In this document: positions 51,832 through 59,844 of the stretch, in pieces
How the letters are laid out: each line of letters begins with the position of its first letter
Position numbering within the stretch: position 1 is the first letter of the stretch
Assembly: GCA_965219445.1 (NCBI GenBank)
Contig: CBDCNQ010000004.1
Location: forward strand, 864,001-928,000
Direction: 5' to 3'
Length of the DNA stretch: 64,000 nt
Origin: Longimicrobiales bacterium
Lineage (GTDB): Bacteria; Gemmatimonadota; Gemmatimonadetes; Longimicrobiales; Gaopeijiaceae
The notes under the pieces: generated by a model
The model's database searches: none
The model's input: only the letters and a program-made list of their open reading frames with translations
What the model was told of the DNA's origin: nothing
Made by a program: the position numbers and the translations under genes

Positions 51832-53490
51832 TCAGGCTTCACCTCCGTTCAAAGCGGCGTCTCGGCCTGCGATGCGACCGAACACGATGCACCGGCCCAG
51901 GCCGTGCTGAGCGAATCCACCCTGCGATTCACCGGAGCAGTAGAGGCCGGGAATGACCTGGCCGTGATAATCCATCACTTGCGTTCTCGCGTTGGTCCGA
52001 AGACCGGTCAGAGAATCGTGGAGGATCGGCGTGGACCAGGCGGCGTAGAATGGGGGTGTCTGGATCTTGTGCCTGGGCTGATCCTTGCCGAAGTCCGAAT
52101 CGCTCCCCGCATCCACGAAGGAATTGTATCTGGCGACCGTTTCCTCGAGTGCAGCCGGCGGCATTGGACCCGACTGGTATTCGTTGTCGATGTTACGGGC
52201 GAGCTCCGCGGGCGTGTCTCCGCTGAAGAAATAACCATCTAGATCAACATTCGGCGGCTTCGGATCCCAGCCCTCCCGCTCCACGGCATCAGCATCAAAG
52301 ATGGCCCAGATCGGACCGCCTCCGTTCCTCTTATTAGTGTCCCCAATGTCCGCGAGGCAAGCAGCGAAGAAGTCAAACCCTCCTTCCAGCTCGTTGTAGA
52401 ATCTCCGGCCGGTCTGATTCACCAGGATCACGTCTTGCCAATCGAGGATCGTGAGTCCCGACGCGCGTGCGCGGCCGAAGATTGGGCTATCAGGCTGCCA
52501 GATGAGGCTGGAATAGCCCCACTTGCACCCTATATGGCGGGTCTTCGACATATAGTTGCCTGACTCGTTGGTCTGATTCGCGGTCGCCCACAGCGCTGCT
52601 CCAATCGCCATCGCGGCAAGTTCCCCGTCACCGCTCTGTCTGGACCAGGGTTCGCCCGCCACCTGATACTCCTCAGTGAGCCTCGGGTCGAACGTCCGGC
52701 GCAATGTGACATTACTCGAGCTCCCTCCCGTGGCGACCAGCACGCCCCTCAGGGCACGGATGTTCACGGTCGTACCCCGGTGCACGGCGGAGACACCCAA
52801 CACCCTGCCGGAGAACTGGTCTTCACGGATGATCTTCGTCATCCGGTGCTCCAAGAGGATCTCGGCGCCCTTGGCTCTCGCACTCTTCTCCAGCGCCCGG
52901 ACCAAGCCCGAGCCGACCCGGGTTACATGGTGCGTGACACGCTCGGAAGCGATCGGCCACTGCACGGTTCGCCCCTGCCTCCTGACCGTCGACGCGCCGC
53001 CCGGACCCGTGAGGTGGTTTTGAAACTCGACTCCGTTTTCCACCAAGAACTCGAAGGCGTCGGCGTTCTCGTCGGCGAAGGCCCGCACCAGGTCCCGGTC
53101 ACTGTAGCGGCTGTCCCGGTGGTCGTGGCGCACCCAGTCCTCATAGACCTTGTCCGCAGAATCCTCGATCCCGAATTTCCGTTGTCTACTGTTACCGCCA
53201 CCGAGGTGCACGTTTCCCCCGCTCGCCAATCCATGGCCGCCGATGTCATAGTTCTCGTCAAGCATGATCACCGACGCCCCGTGATCGAGCGCAGAAACCG
53301 CGGCGGCAAGTCCCGAGGTGCCCGCCCCGATCGTGACGAAGTCGGCCTCCCTATCCCAGACCACCTGCTGTGCGTCCAGCTCTTTGGCGTCGAGGGCACC
53401 CAGCGCGGGAACACCAACACCGATGGCCGCACCCTTCTTTAGGAATTCTCTCCGGTCGAGGGCTGCTTGGCTCTTCTTCTCTTTCCCCAC
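51832..53490 (-). CDS. Tat-exported FAD-dependent oxidoreductase (flavocytochrome c / KstD superfamily)
   Basis: DRREFLK; GAGTSG; ATGG, GDG, VNQTG.RF.NE, GLYCSGE. Confidence 0.88.
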   Translation of the reverse strand: MGKEKKSQAALDRREFLKKGAAIGVGVPALGALDAKELDAQQVVWDREADFVTIGAGTSGLAAAVSALDHGASVIMLDENYDIGGHGLASGGNVHLGGGNSRQRKFGIEDSADKVYEDWVRHDHRDSRYSDRDLVRAFADENADAFEFLVENGVEFQNHLTGPGGASTVRRQGRTVQWPIASERVTHHVTRVGSGLVRALEKSARAKGAEILLEHRMTKIIREDQFSGRVLGVSAVHRGTTVNIRALRGVLVATGGSSSNVTLRRTFDPRLTEEYQVAGEPWSRQSGDGELAAMAIGAALWATANQTNESGNYMSKTRHIGCKWGYSSLIWQPDSPIFGRARASGLTILDWQDVILVNQTGRRFYNELEGGFDFFAACLADIGDTNKRNGGGPIWAIFDADAVEREGWDPKPPNVDLDGYFFSGDTPAELARNIDNEYQSGPMPPAALEETVARYNSFVDAGSDSDFGKDQPRHKIQTPPFYAAWSTPILHDSLTGLRTNARTQVMDYHGQVIPGLYCSGESQGGFAQHGLGRCIVFGRIAGRDAALNGGEA

Positions 53491-53650
53491 GCTGCTATCC
53501 TCCTTTTGCCTCGTGAACTCGATGAGGTCCGAAAGTCTGTGTGTACGTCCAGGATGATCCGGTCGTCAACATACGGTTTCTTACCGGCATCGGCCATCCG
53601 CAGTCGCGCGAGCGACGACCTGGCTGCGCTACAGAAGGCGCGCCTCGGTC

Positions 53651-54571
53651 TCAGCGCTCCAATCCGTAGTGGATCGTAGCCACGAAATTGCGCTCGGCGG
53701 TCTCGTCCTGACCCCACGCCTCGGCCTGGTTCCGGATCGGACGACGGTCCTGAATGCGCTCTAGCGAGTGGCCGTCCTCCATGAGCCCCGCGACCGCGTC
53801 ACGCATCGACTTGAGCGCGTCCCGGTAGCCTCGCAGGTCCTCGCGCGTCGAAAGCGCGCCGTGGCCCGGGATGACCATCGTGGAAGCGTCCATGACAGCG
53901 AGCGCCACGCCGGCCGCGGCGATCATGCCATCGATCGAGCCGCCCGTCGCCGTATCGATGAAGGGGAAGCGGTCCCGGAAGAACGTGTCACCCATGTGGA
54001 CCACGTTCGCGCGCTGGAAGTGCACGATGGCGTCGCCGTCCGTGTGAGCGTTCGACACGTGGAACGCGTGCAGCTCATCACCGTTCAGGTGGAACGTAAC
54101 GTCCTCCGCGAACGTGATGACGGGCAGCGCCCCGTCCGGACGCGCCGGTTCCGGCGCCGGTTCCCTGCCGATGCGCTCCAGCACCTGGTCCATGCCGAGG
54201 CGCTCCCGGACGTTTTCGTGGGCCACGATGAGGGCCCCCGCCCTTCCGAGGTTCTCGTTGCCCCCGGTGTGGTCCCCGTGCCAGTGCGTGTTGAGCACGA
54301 AGCGGACGGGCTCGGACGTAATCGCCCCGATGGCAGCCAGAATCTTGTCGGTCAGTGGCGCGAACTGGTCGTCGATGACGAAGACGCCGTCCTCGCCGAC
54401 GAACACGCCGATGTTACCGCCCTGGCCGAGCAGCATGTACACACCGGAGGCGACCCTCTGCGTCTGGATCTCGACCGCGTCGAAGTTCTGTGGTGAGGCG
54501 AGGCCGGGAGAGGCCAGCACGAACAGGGAAATCAGCGAGAACAGGGTGAAGAAGGGGACGGTGCGGCGCAT
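53651..54571 (-). CDS. Secreted MBL-fold metallo-hydrolase
   Basis: Signal peptide; THWHGDHTGGN, AHTDGD, HMGD, PGHG. Confidence 0.92.
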   Translation of the reverse strand: MRRTVPFFTLFSLISLFVLASPGLASPQNFDAVEIQTQRVASGVYMLLGQGGNIGVFVGEDGVFVIDDQFAPLTDKILAAIGAITSEPVRFVLNTHWHGDHTGGNENLGRAGALIVAHENVRERLGMDQVLERIGREPAPEPARPDGALPVITFAEDVTFHLNGDELHAFHVSNAHTDGDAIVHFQRANVVHMGDTFFRDRFPFIDTATGGSIDGMIAAAGVALAVMDASTMVIPGHGALSTREDLRGYRDALKSMRDAVAGLMEDGHSLERIQDRRPIRNQAEAWGQDETAERNFVATIHYGLER

Positions 54572-54686
54572 GGGACGTTTCTCCGTCTAGGGTTCGTGCT
54601 CGGGTCGGTAGCGTAACATGGGATGTCGAGCGGCGGGTGCAAAGCGAGTGAGCCTGGAGCTACGAATACTGTACGTCGACCCCTCC

Positions 54687-55106
54687 TCAGGCGGCCGATC
54701 CGAATCGTGGGACCCCTTCCGCCTCGGCGGCCGCCGCGAGCGCCGCGTCGAGAGTCGCCAGCGGCACTCCCAAGCGCACACCCAGCTCGACGTACGCCGC
54801 ATCGTACGATGTGAGACCGTGCGTCCGCGCGAGGCGTCGGGTCTCCCCAAACGCTCGACCCCGCTCGGCGGGATCCATCGCAAATGGTAGGGACACCAGG
54901 AGGCGCGTGAACTTGGTGACAGTCGCCGAGTCGATCCGACCCTTGCGCTCGGCGACCAGTAAGCCGTTCGACACCTCCAACGTCCACAGCGTTGGTACGA
55001 CCGCTTCCTCGGTCCGCAGAGAGTCGAGAACCCGGAGCGCGTAGTCGCCTCCCTCATCCTCGAAGCACCAGGACAGGGCCACCGACGCGTCGAGCACGAA
55101 GTTCAC
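54687..55106 (-). CDS. vapC: VapC/PIN domain toxin
   Basis: VLDASV, EVSN, LTSYDAAY, LATLD. Confidence 0.92.
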   Translation of the reverse strand: MNFVLDASVALSWCFEDEGGDYALRVLDSLRTEEAVVPTLWTLEVSNGLLVAERKGRIDSATVTKFTRLLVSLPFAMDPAERGRAFGETRRLARTHGLTSYDAAYVELGVRLGVPLATLDAALAAAAEAEGVPRFGSAA

Positions 55107-55345
55107 CGACGCCCCTCGTCGATCAGGTCGTGCACCGTGAGGTCGGGGCCGAGTGTGCGTCCCGGACGTAGAGCCGCGATGCCCGCCACGGCCTCATCGA
55201 CCGTGCACTCGGCCGATCCCGCGGCAGGTATCAGCTGGGCCACCGCGCGACCATGCCGGGTGATCGTGATGCGCTCCCCACGCTCGACCCGGTCCAACAA
55301 CTCCGCCAGATGCGTCTTGACGTGATACGCGCCTACGCTCGTCAC
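55103..55345 (-). CDS. Phd/YefM family antitoxin
   Basis: VGAYHVKTHLAELLDRVERGE.I.ITRHG..VA; 4-bp overlap with vapC. Confidence 0.92.
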   Translation of the reverse strand: MTSVGAYHVKTHLAELLDRVERGERITITRHGRAVAQLIPAAGSAECTVDEAVAGIAALRPGRTLGPDLTVHDLIDEGRR

Positions 55346-55367
55346 GCTCGATCCCCCCCAACGACGA

Positions 55368-55390
55368 TAAGACCAGTGTAAGACCAGTCT
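55368..55390. promoter_or_regulatory. Putative antitoxin operator
   Basis: TAAGACCAGT direct repeat with 11-bp period; AGAC-CA-GTCT palindrome just upstream of the antitoxin. Confidence 0.55.
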
Positions 55391-55497
55391 AGGCTCGGTG
55401 CTCTCCATCGGCAAGGGAGGCGTGCAGCGTCTTTGCTGGGTTCTCCGGCGCAGCGCACCAACCCTGATGATGCTATAGTTACTGGCTGGCACGCTCG

Positions 55498-55671
55498 CTG
55501 ACCGCGCTTTTGGGCTGGGTCGACGAGGGCATCCAGGCAATCCTTCCCAACCGCCTCTACGACATTCGCGACGTCGGCGTCAACGCCCTCGCTGGCCTGA
55601 TGGCGATCGTGGCGAGCGCGGTCCTGGCACGAGCGCGGCAGTGGGACATCTTCCGACGCCGATCCCGTTAG
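55498..55671 (+). pseudogene. C-terminal remnant of a VanZ-family membrane protein
   Basis: LTALLGWVDEGIQAILPNRLYDIRDVGVNALAG; no start codon before the conserved motif, in-frame TGA at 55468. Confidence 0.7.
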
Positions 55672-55778
55672 CAGGTGGCGCTCCGACCCGGTCGGCAGGC
55701 CCGTGACAGGAGGGTTAGTCTGCCTGGGAGACTAGGACCCAGACCTTCCGACGATCCCCTGAATGGAGGTGCTCCTAG

Positions 55779-56369
55779 ATGGCCGACGAGCAGATCTTTC
55801 GCCTCATCCTGATCGCTGGATTCGCGATCATCATGCCGGCAGGCATCTACCACCGGGTGAAATCCCAAGCCAACGGCGAAAGCCTCGACCGTCGACAGGA
55901 GGGGCTGTTCGTATTGGCCACACTACGGCCGCTGGGAATCGCATCGATGCTCGGATTGATCACCTACATGATCAACCCTGCCTGGATGGCGTGGTCGGCG
56001 GTATCATTGGCCGCGTGGGTGCGATGGCTGGGTGTGGGCGTGGGTGTGGTGGCGGGCTCGTTGTTGATCTGGACGATGCACACGCTCGGCAAGAACCTGA
56101 CGGACACCGTGGTTACGAGGAGGGACCACGAGCTGATAACCGGCGGACCGTATCGTTTTGTTCGGCATCCGTTCTACTGCGCCTTCATACTCGCTGTCCT
56201 CGCCAACTCGACCGTTTCCGCCAACTGGTTCATCTTGTTGACCGGAATCTCGGCGTGGCTGGTGATCGTCTTCCGCACCAACAGGGAAGAAGAGAACCTG
56301 ATCGCGAGATTCGGCGACGACTACCGCAACTACATGGACCGCACCGGCCGCTTCTTTCCGGGGAAGTGA
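55779..56369 (+). CDS. Isoprenylcysteine carboxyl methyltransferase family membrane protein
   Basis: LGKN, H.LITGGPYRFVRHPFY, EE.NL..RFG..Y..Y. Confidence 0.9.
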   Translation: MADEQIFRLILIAGFAIIMPAGIYHRVKSQANGESLDRRQEGLFVLATLRPLGIASMLGLITYMINPAWMAWSAVSLAAWVRWLGVGVGVVAGSLLIWTMHTLGKNLTDTVVTRRDHELITGGPYRFVRHPFYCAFILAVLANSTVSANWFILLTGISAWLVIVFRTNREEENLIARFGDDYRNYMDRTGRFFPGK

Positions 56370-56442
56370 AGCGGCAAAACCCGGACCCTTGAGCAGGTCG
56401 ACGCGCAACCTGGGCCCTCCTAGCTCTCGGCTCCCCCGTGAG

Positions 56443-58342
56443 ATCGGGATAGGGGAGGACCGGCGTTCCCGGTCCTTCCCCTCCCACACCACCAGGCATG
56501 CGGGTCCGCACCTGGCGGTTCGGTGAGTTGAGGTCAGTACGGCGTGAGCCGGGGCACACCCAGCTCGTCGAAGTACGCCCCCGGCAAGGCCGTGTGCAGG
56601 GCGTGGTGCGCAGCCACGTGCCACCAGCTTCGCGCGAACCGAGCAGCTCGCCAGGCGAGGTTCTCGCTCACACCGCGAGCCCTCAACTCCCGGTACGCTG
56701 TCCTTCCTCGTTTCCACTGGCGTAATTGCAATGTACGCAGCCGGCGGTGGATCCATTGGTCCAGGTCTCGGAAACCCCCCGGTGTGTCCGCTAAGCCGAA
56801 GTATGCCTTCCACCCCAGCACGTAGCTCCGTAGCTCTTCCGCCACCTGTTGCAGGCTCCGCCCGCCGCTCCGGCTTGTAATCTGCCGGACTCGCTCTTTG
56901 AACTTCGTCAGGGCCTTCTTGCTGACCCGGCGCTTCACGACCTTCCCTGCCGCTACCCAGAAGCTGTAGCCCAGGAACTGTCGATCCCACACTCGCGCCA
57001 CCGCGCTCTTTTCCTCGTTGACCTGAAGCCGAAGTTTCCCGTACAGGTGCCTCAGCGCCTGCATCACACGTTGTCCTGCCCGCCTCGACCGCACGTATAC
57101 ATTGCAGTCATCGGCGTACCGGACAAACGCGTGTCCGCGTAGCTCCAACTCCTGGTCCACTTCGTCCAGGAGCACGTTCGCCAGCAACGGCGACAACGGT
57201 CCGCCCTGAGGCGTCCCCATGTGCCGCTCCATCACCACCCCGTTCGCCATGACTCCGGCCTGTAGGTAGCGACGGAGGATCCGCAGCATCGCCTTATCCT
57301 CGATCCGCTTTGCCAGCCGCCCCATCAGCACGTCGTGGTTCACCCGGTCGAAAAACTTCTCCAGGTCCACATCCACCACCCATCGTCTCCCCTCCTGGAT
57401 GTAGTGCTGCGCTTCGCGCACCGCATCGTGCGCTCGGCGCCCAGGCCGGAAGCCGTGACTGTGCCGACTGAACGTCGGGTCGAACCTCGGTTGCATCACC
57501 TGCAGGATGGCTTGTTGGATGAACCGGTCCAGCACGGTCGGAATCCCCAACTCCCGGACCCCTCCCCCACTCTTCGGTATCTCCTGCCTTCGTACCGGCT
57601 TCGGTTGGTAGGTCCCCGCCAGCAACCGCTGTCGGATCTCCCCCCAGTGCCTGCGCAAGTACTCTGGCAGCTCCTCCACGTTCATCCCGTCGATGCCCGG
57701 ACTGCCCTTATTCTGCCGCACGCGTTTCAACGCTCCTACGAGGTTGGCACGCCCGACCACCTCCTGCATCAGGAGATGCTCGCTTCCTGAGCGCTCGTCT
57801 CCATGGGCCACCGTTCCGGCTTCGCCACTCCCCTCTACCTTCGGGGCTTCACCCCTATCCTCCAGTGGGAGCCCCAGTTGCCTGGACTCCTGGCGCATGG
57901 CCTTGCCGAGGTCCACGGTCGTCACGCTCTCCTCTCCGTTCGGCCCTTCGTCCGACAAAGCTGGGTCCAAGCGCATCATGCACTTCGTCGGCCTACTATG
58001 GCCTCTGCTGACTTCTCGCTCCGCCGGCAGGCCCAACAGCGCAGTGCCGGCGTCACCCTTTCAGGCGTCAGGCGAGACCTCCCCGGGTAAGAACGATGAC
58101 CTTCCCCGCACAATCGCCGGATCTACGCCGCTTCCCCTTGGTCGCAGGAGCTTCGCGGTCAGTGGTCCGCTCGCCCCGGTCCGCAGCGCCTCGTATCCGG
58201 TTCCTGTTCGTCGACTCACGGGTTCGTTTCACGCTTCGTTCAGCGTACGCCTCACGACGAACGCCTTGCGCTTCCCTTCGGTCCCTGCGACCAGGTTCCG
58301 GGAGGACTTTCACCTCCAAGTCATCGCCCATGCCGGGCCCAC
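56443..58342 (-). mobile_element. Class IIC group II intron (1900 nt)
   Basis: 5' end GTGGGCCCGGCATGGGCG..GGTGAAAGTCC; domain V GAACCGCCAGGTGCGGACCCGCATGCCTGGTGGTGTG; domain VI hairpin ending CCTATCCCGAT; located just after a terminator hairpin. Confidence 0.92.
56534..57925 (-). CDS. ltrA: Group II intron reverse transcriptase/maturase, no endonuclease domain
   Basis: PGIDG, IPK..G..R.LGIPTV.DR, GFRPGR, DLEKFFD, GTPQGGPLSPLL, RYADD, FLGY. Confidence 0.96.
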   Translation of the reverse strand: MTTVDLGKAMRQESRQLGLPLEDRGEAPKVEGSGEAGTVAHGDERSGSEHLLMQEVVGRANLVGALKRVRQNKGSPGIDGMNVEELPEYLRRHWGEIRQRLLAGTYQPKPVRRQEIPKSGGGVRELGIPTVLDRFIQQAILQVMQPRFDPTFSRHSHGFRPGRRAHDAVREAQHYIQEGRRWVVDVDLEKFFDRVNHDVLMGRLAKRIEDKAMLRILRRYLQAGVMANGVVMERHMGTPQGGPLSPLLANVLLDEVDQELELRGHAFVRYADDCNVYVRSRRAGQRVMQALRHLYGKLRLQVNEEKSAVARVWDRQFLGYSFWVAAGKVVKRRVSKKALTKFKERVRQITSRSGGRSLQQVAEELRSYVLGWKAYFGLADTPGGFRDLDQWIHRRLRTLQLRQWKRGRTAYRELRARGVSENLAWRAARFARSWWHVAAHHALHTALPGAYFDELGVPRLTPY

Positions 58343-58352
58343 CACCCGCGAA

Positions 58353-58386
58353 GAGGCCGGGCCAGGGGAGTCCCGGGCCCGGCCTC
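58353..58386 (-). terminator. Terminator hairpin of the amidohydrolase gene and likely intron target
   Basis: GAGGCCGGGCC / GGCCCGGCCTC 11-bp perfect stem, 10 nt before the intron 5' end. Confidence 0.8.
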
Positions 58387-58431
58387 CGTGTTGCCGCAAC
58401 CGGACTATGTGTACCGCATACCTCGCTTGCT

Positions 58432-59721
58432 TTACTGCGACGCCCCGCCTCTGAAGCGCGCGCCCAGCTCGTCCCGGTCGACCGCCATGCCTCGGAGATA
58501 GACCGCGGAGATCCGCCTCGTATTCGTGATGTCGTCGAGGGGGTTCGCATCCAGGACGACGAAGTCCGCGCTCTTACCCACCGCCACCGAGCCGGCGTCG
58601 TCTATCTCCATCCACTGCGCCGAGCTACTCGTCGCCGCAATGATAACTTCGGCCGGGGTCATTCCGGCCGTCACCATATCCTCCATCTCGAGATGGGGGC
58701 TCCACGGGACGCTCCCGTCCGTGCCGAACGCAACCTTCACTCCTGCTTGGTTTAGCCTCGCCAGGTTGCGGGCCTGGATGCCGAACGCCTCCTGGGCCGC
58801 TGGTCGATCCGTCGACGCCTCCTGCATCTCTTGCAAGTCGTCGGGGGGGACTGTTCCGCTCAGCCAGCCCAGGTCGTCCGCCACCCCCGGATTGGGCAGG
58901 TTCGGAACCAAGACCACGTTGGGGCGCTCGGTCCAGAGCGCGACGAGCTCGTCGTCGACGTCCCGGTCGCGAATGCCGTGGGCGAACCCGTCGATCCCCG
59001 CCCGGAGAAGCCCCTTCGCGTCCTCCAGATCCCATATATGGGCTGTGACGCGGAGACCGTGCCTGTGGGCCTCGTCGATGATCGCGCCGTACAGTGCGGG
59101 GGACAGTTGGTCGTAGCGGCCGAAGCGATCGTCGACCCAGATCTTCACCATATCCACCTCCAGAGCGGCCAGCTCCTGCACGGCGCTCCGCGCTTCCGCC
59201 TCGCTCGTGACCCAGGAAGGGACCTCCGACCGCCCAGGCTCCGGAGAGGTGATCCCGGGTCCCGAAGTGCGTGACCGGGCGCCGTTGGGCACCACCTCGT
59301 CCCGTATCTCGAATGGGACGTCACCGCCGTCCGAGCCCAGGCTCACGACAACGCCGGCCCCGTAGTATGCCATGTGCTGGAGTTGAGCGACCCGATCCTC
59401 ACGTGTGGTCGACAGGTGCATGTGGGCGTTCACGAAAGCCGGCATGACCGTCTTGCCGCTGAGATCGATGCGGGTGGCGCCTCCCGGAATCTGTACATCC
59501 GCCCGCCGCCCGGCCTGCGTTATACTACCGTCCGCGACCACGAACACCGCGTCCTCGATCGGAGCGCTTCCGTCCCCGACGATGAGGCGAGCGCCCTCAT
59601 ACACGGTCGCACCCGCCTCGCTGCCGGCCTGCGAACCGGTACAGCCGGCCATCAGGACGACCAGGGAGAGCAGGGCAGACATCGCGACTACAATGTGCGA
59701 CTCACTCTTGGCTCGGCGCAT
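58432..59721 (-). CDS. Amidohydrolase family lipoprotein
   Basis: Lipobox MAGC; GKTVMP..NAHMH, VKIW, TAH, FAH, FGTD, GKSADFVVLDANPL. Confidence 0.9.
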   Translation of the reverse strand: MRRAKSESHIVVAMSALLSLVVLMAGCTGSQAGSEAGATVYEGARLIVGDGSAPIEDAVFVVADGSITQAGRRADVQIPGGATRIDLSGKTVMPAFVNAHMHLSTTREDRVAQLQHMAYYGAGVVVSLGSDGGDVPFEIRDEVVPNGARSRTSGPGITSPEPGRSEVPSWVTSEAEARSAVQELAALEVDMVKIWVDDRFGRYDQLSPALYGAIIDEAHRHGLRVTAHIWDLEDAKGLLRAGIDGFAHGIRDRDVDDELVALWTERPNVVLVPNLPNPGVADDLGWLSGTVPPDDLQEMQEASTDRPAAQEAFGIQARNLARLNQAGVKVAFGTDGSVPWSPHLEMEDMVTAGMTPAEVIIAATSSSAQWMEIDDAGSVAVGKSADFVVLDANPLDDITNTRRISAVYLRGMAVDRDELGARFRGGASQ

Positions 59722-59844
59722 AAGAACCTCGCATCGAAAGGTGGCAGTTTCAGCCTAACCCGTATCACGCTCCCGCGGTCCCGGCAAGGTCTCGGCACGG
59801 CGTCTCGCCCCCTATGGGTCAGACCCCCTTCTCCGCCCACCCTT

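Noticed and set aside
53515..53545. Hammerhead-like GATGA...GAAA sequence
   Set aside because: Core does not match CUGANGA and no supporting stems were found
56534..57925. RT as a retron, DGR or defence RT
   Set aside because: Clear group II intron domains V/VI, IIC-type 5' end and maturase domain; no template/variable repeat pair or msr-msd seen
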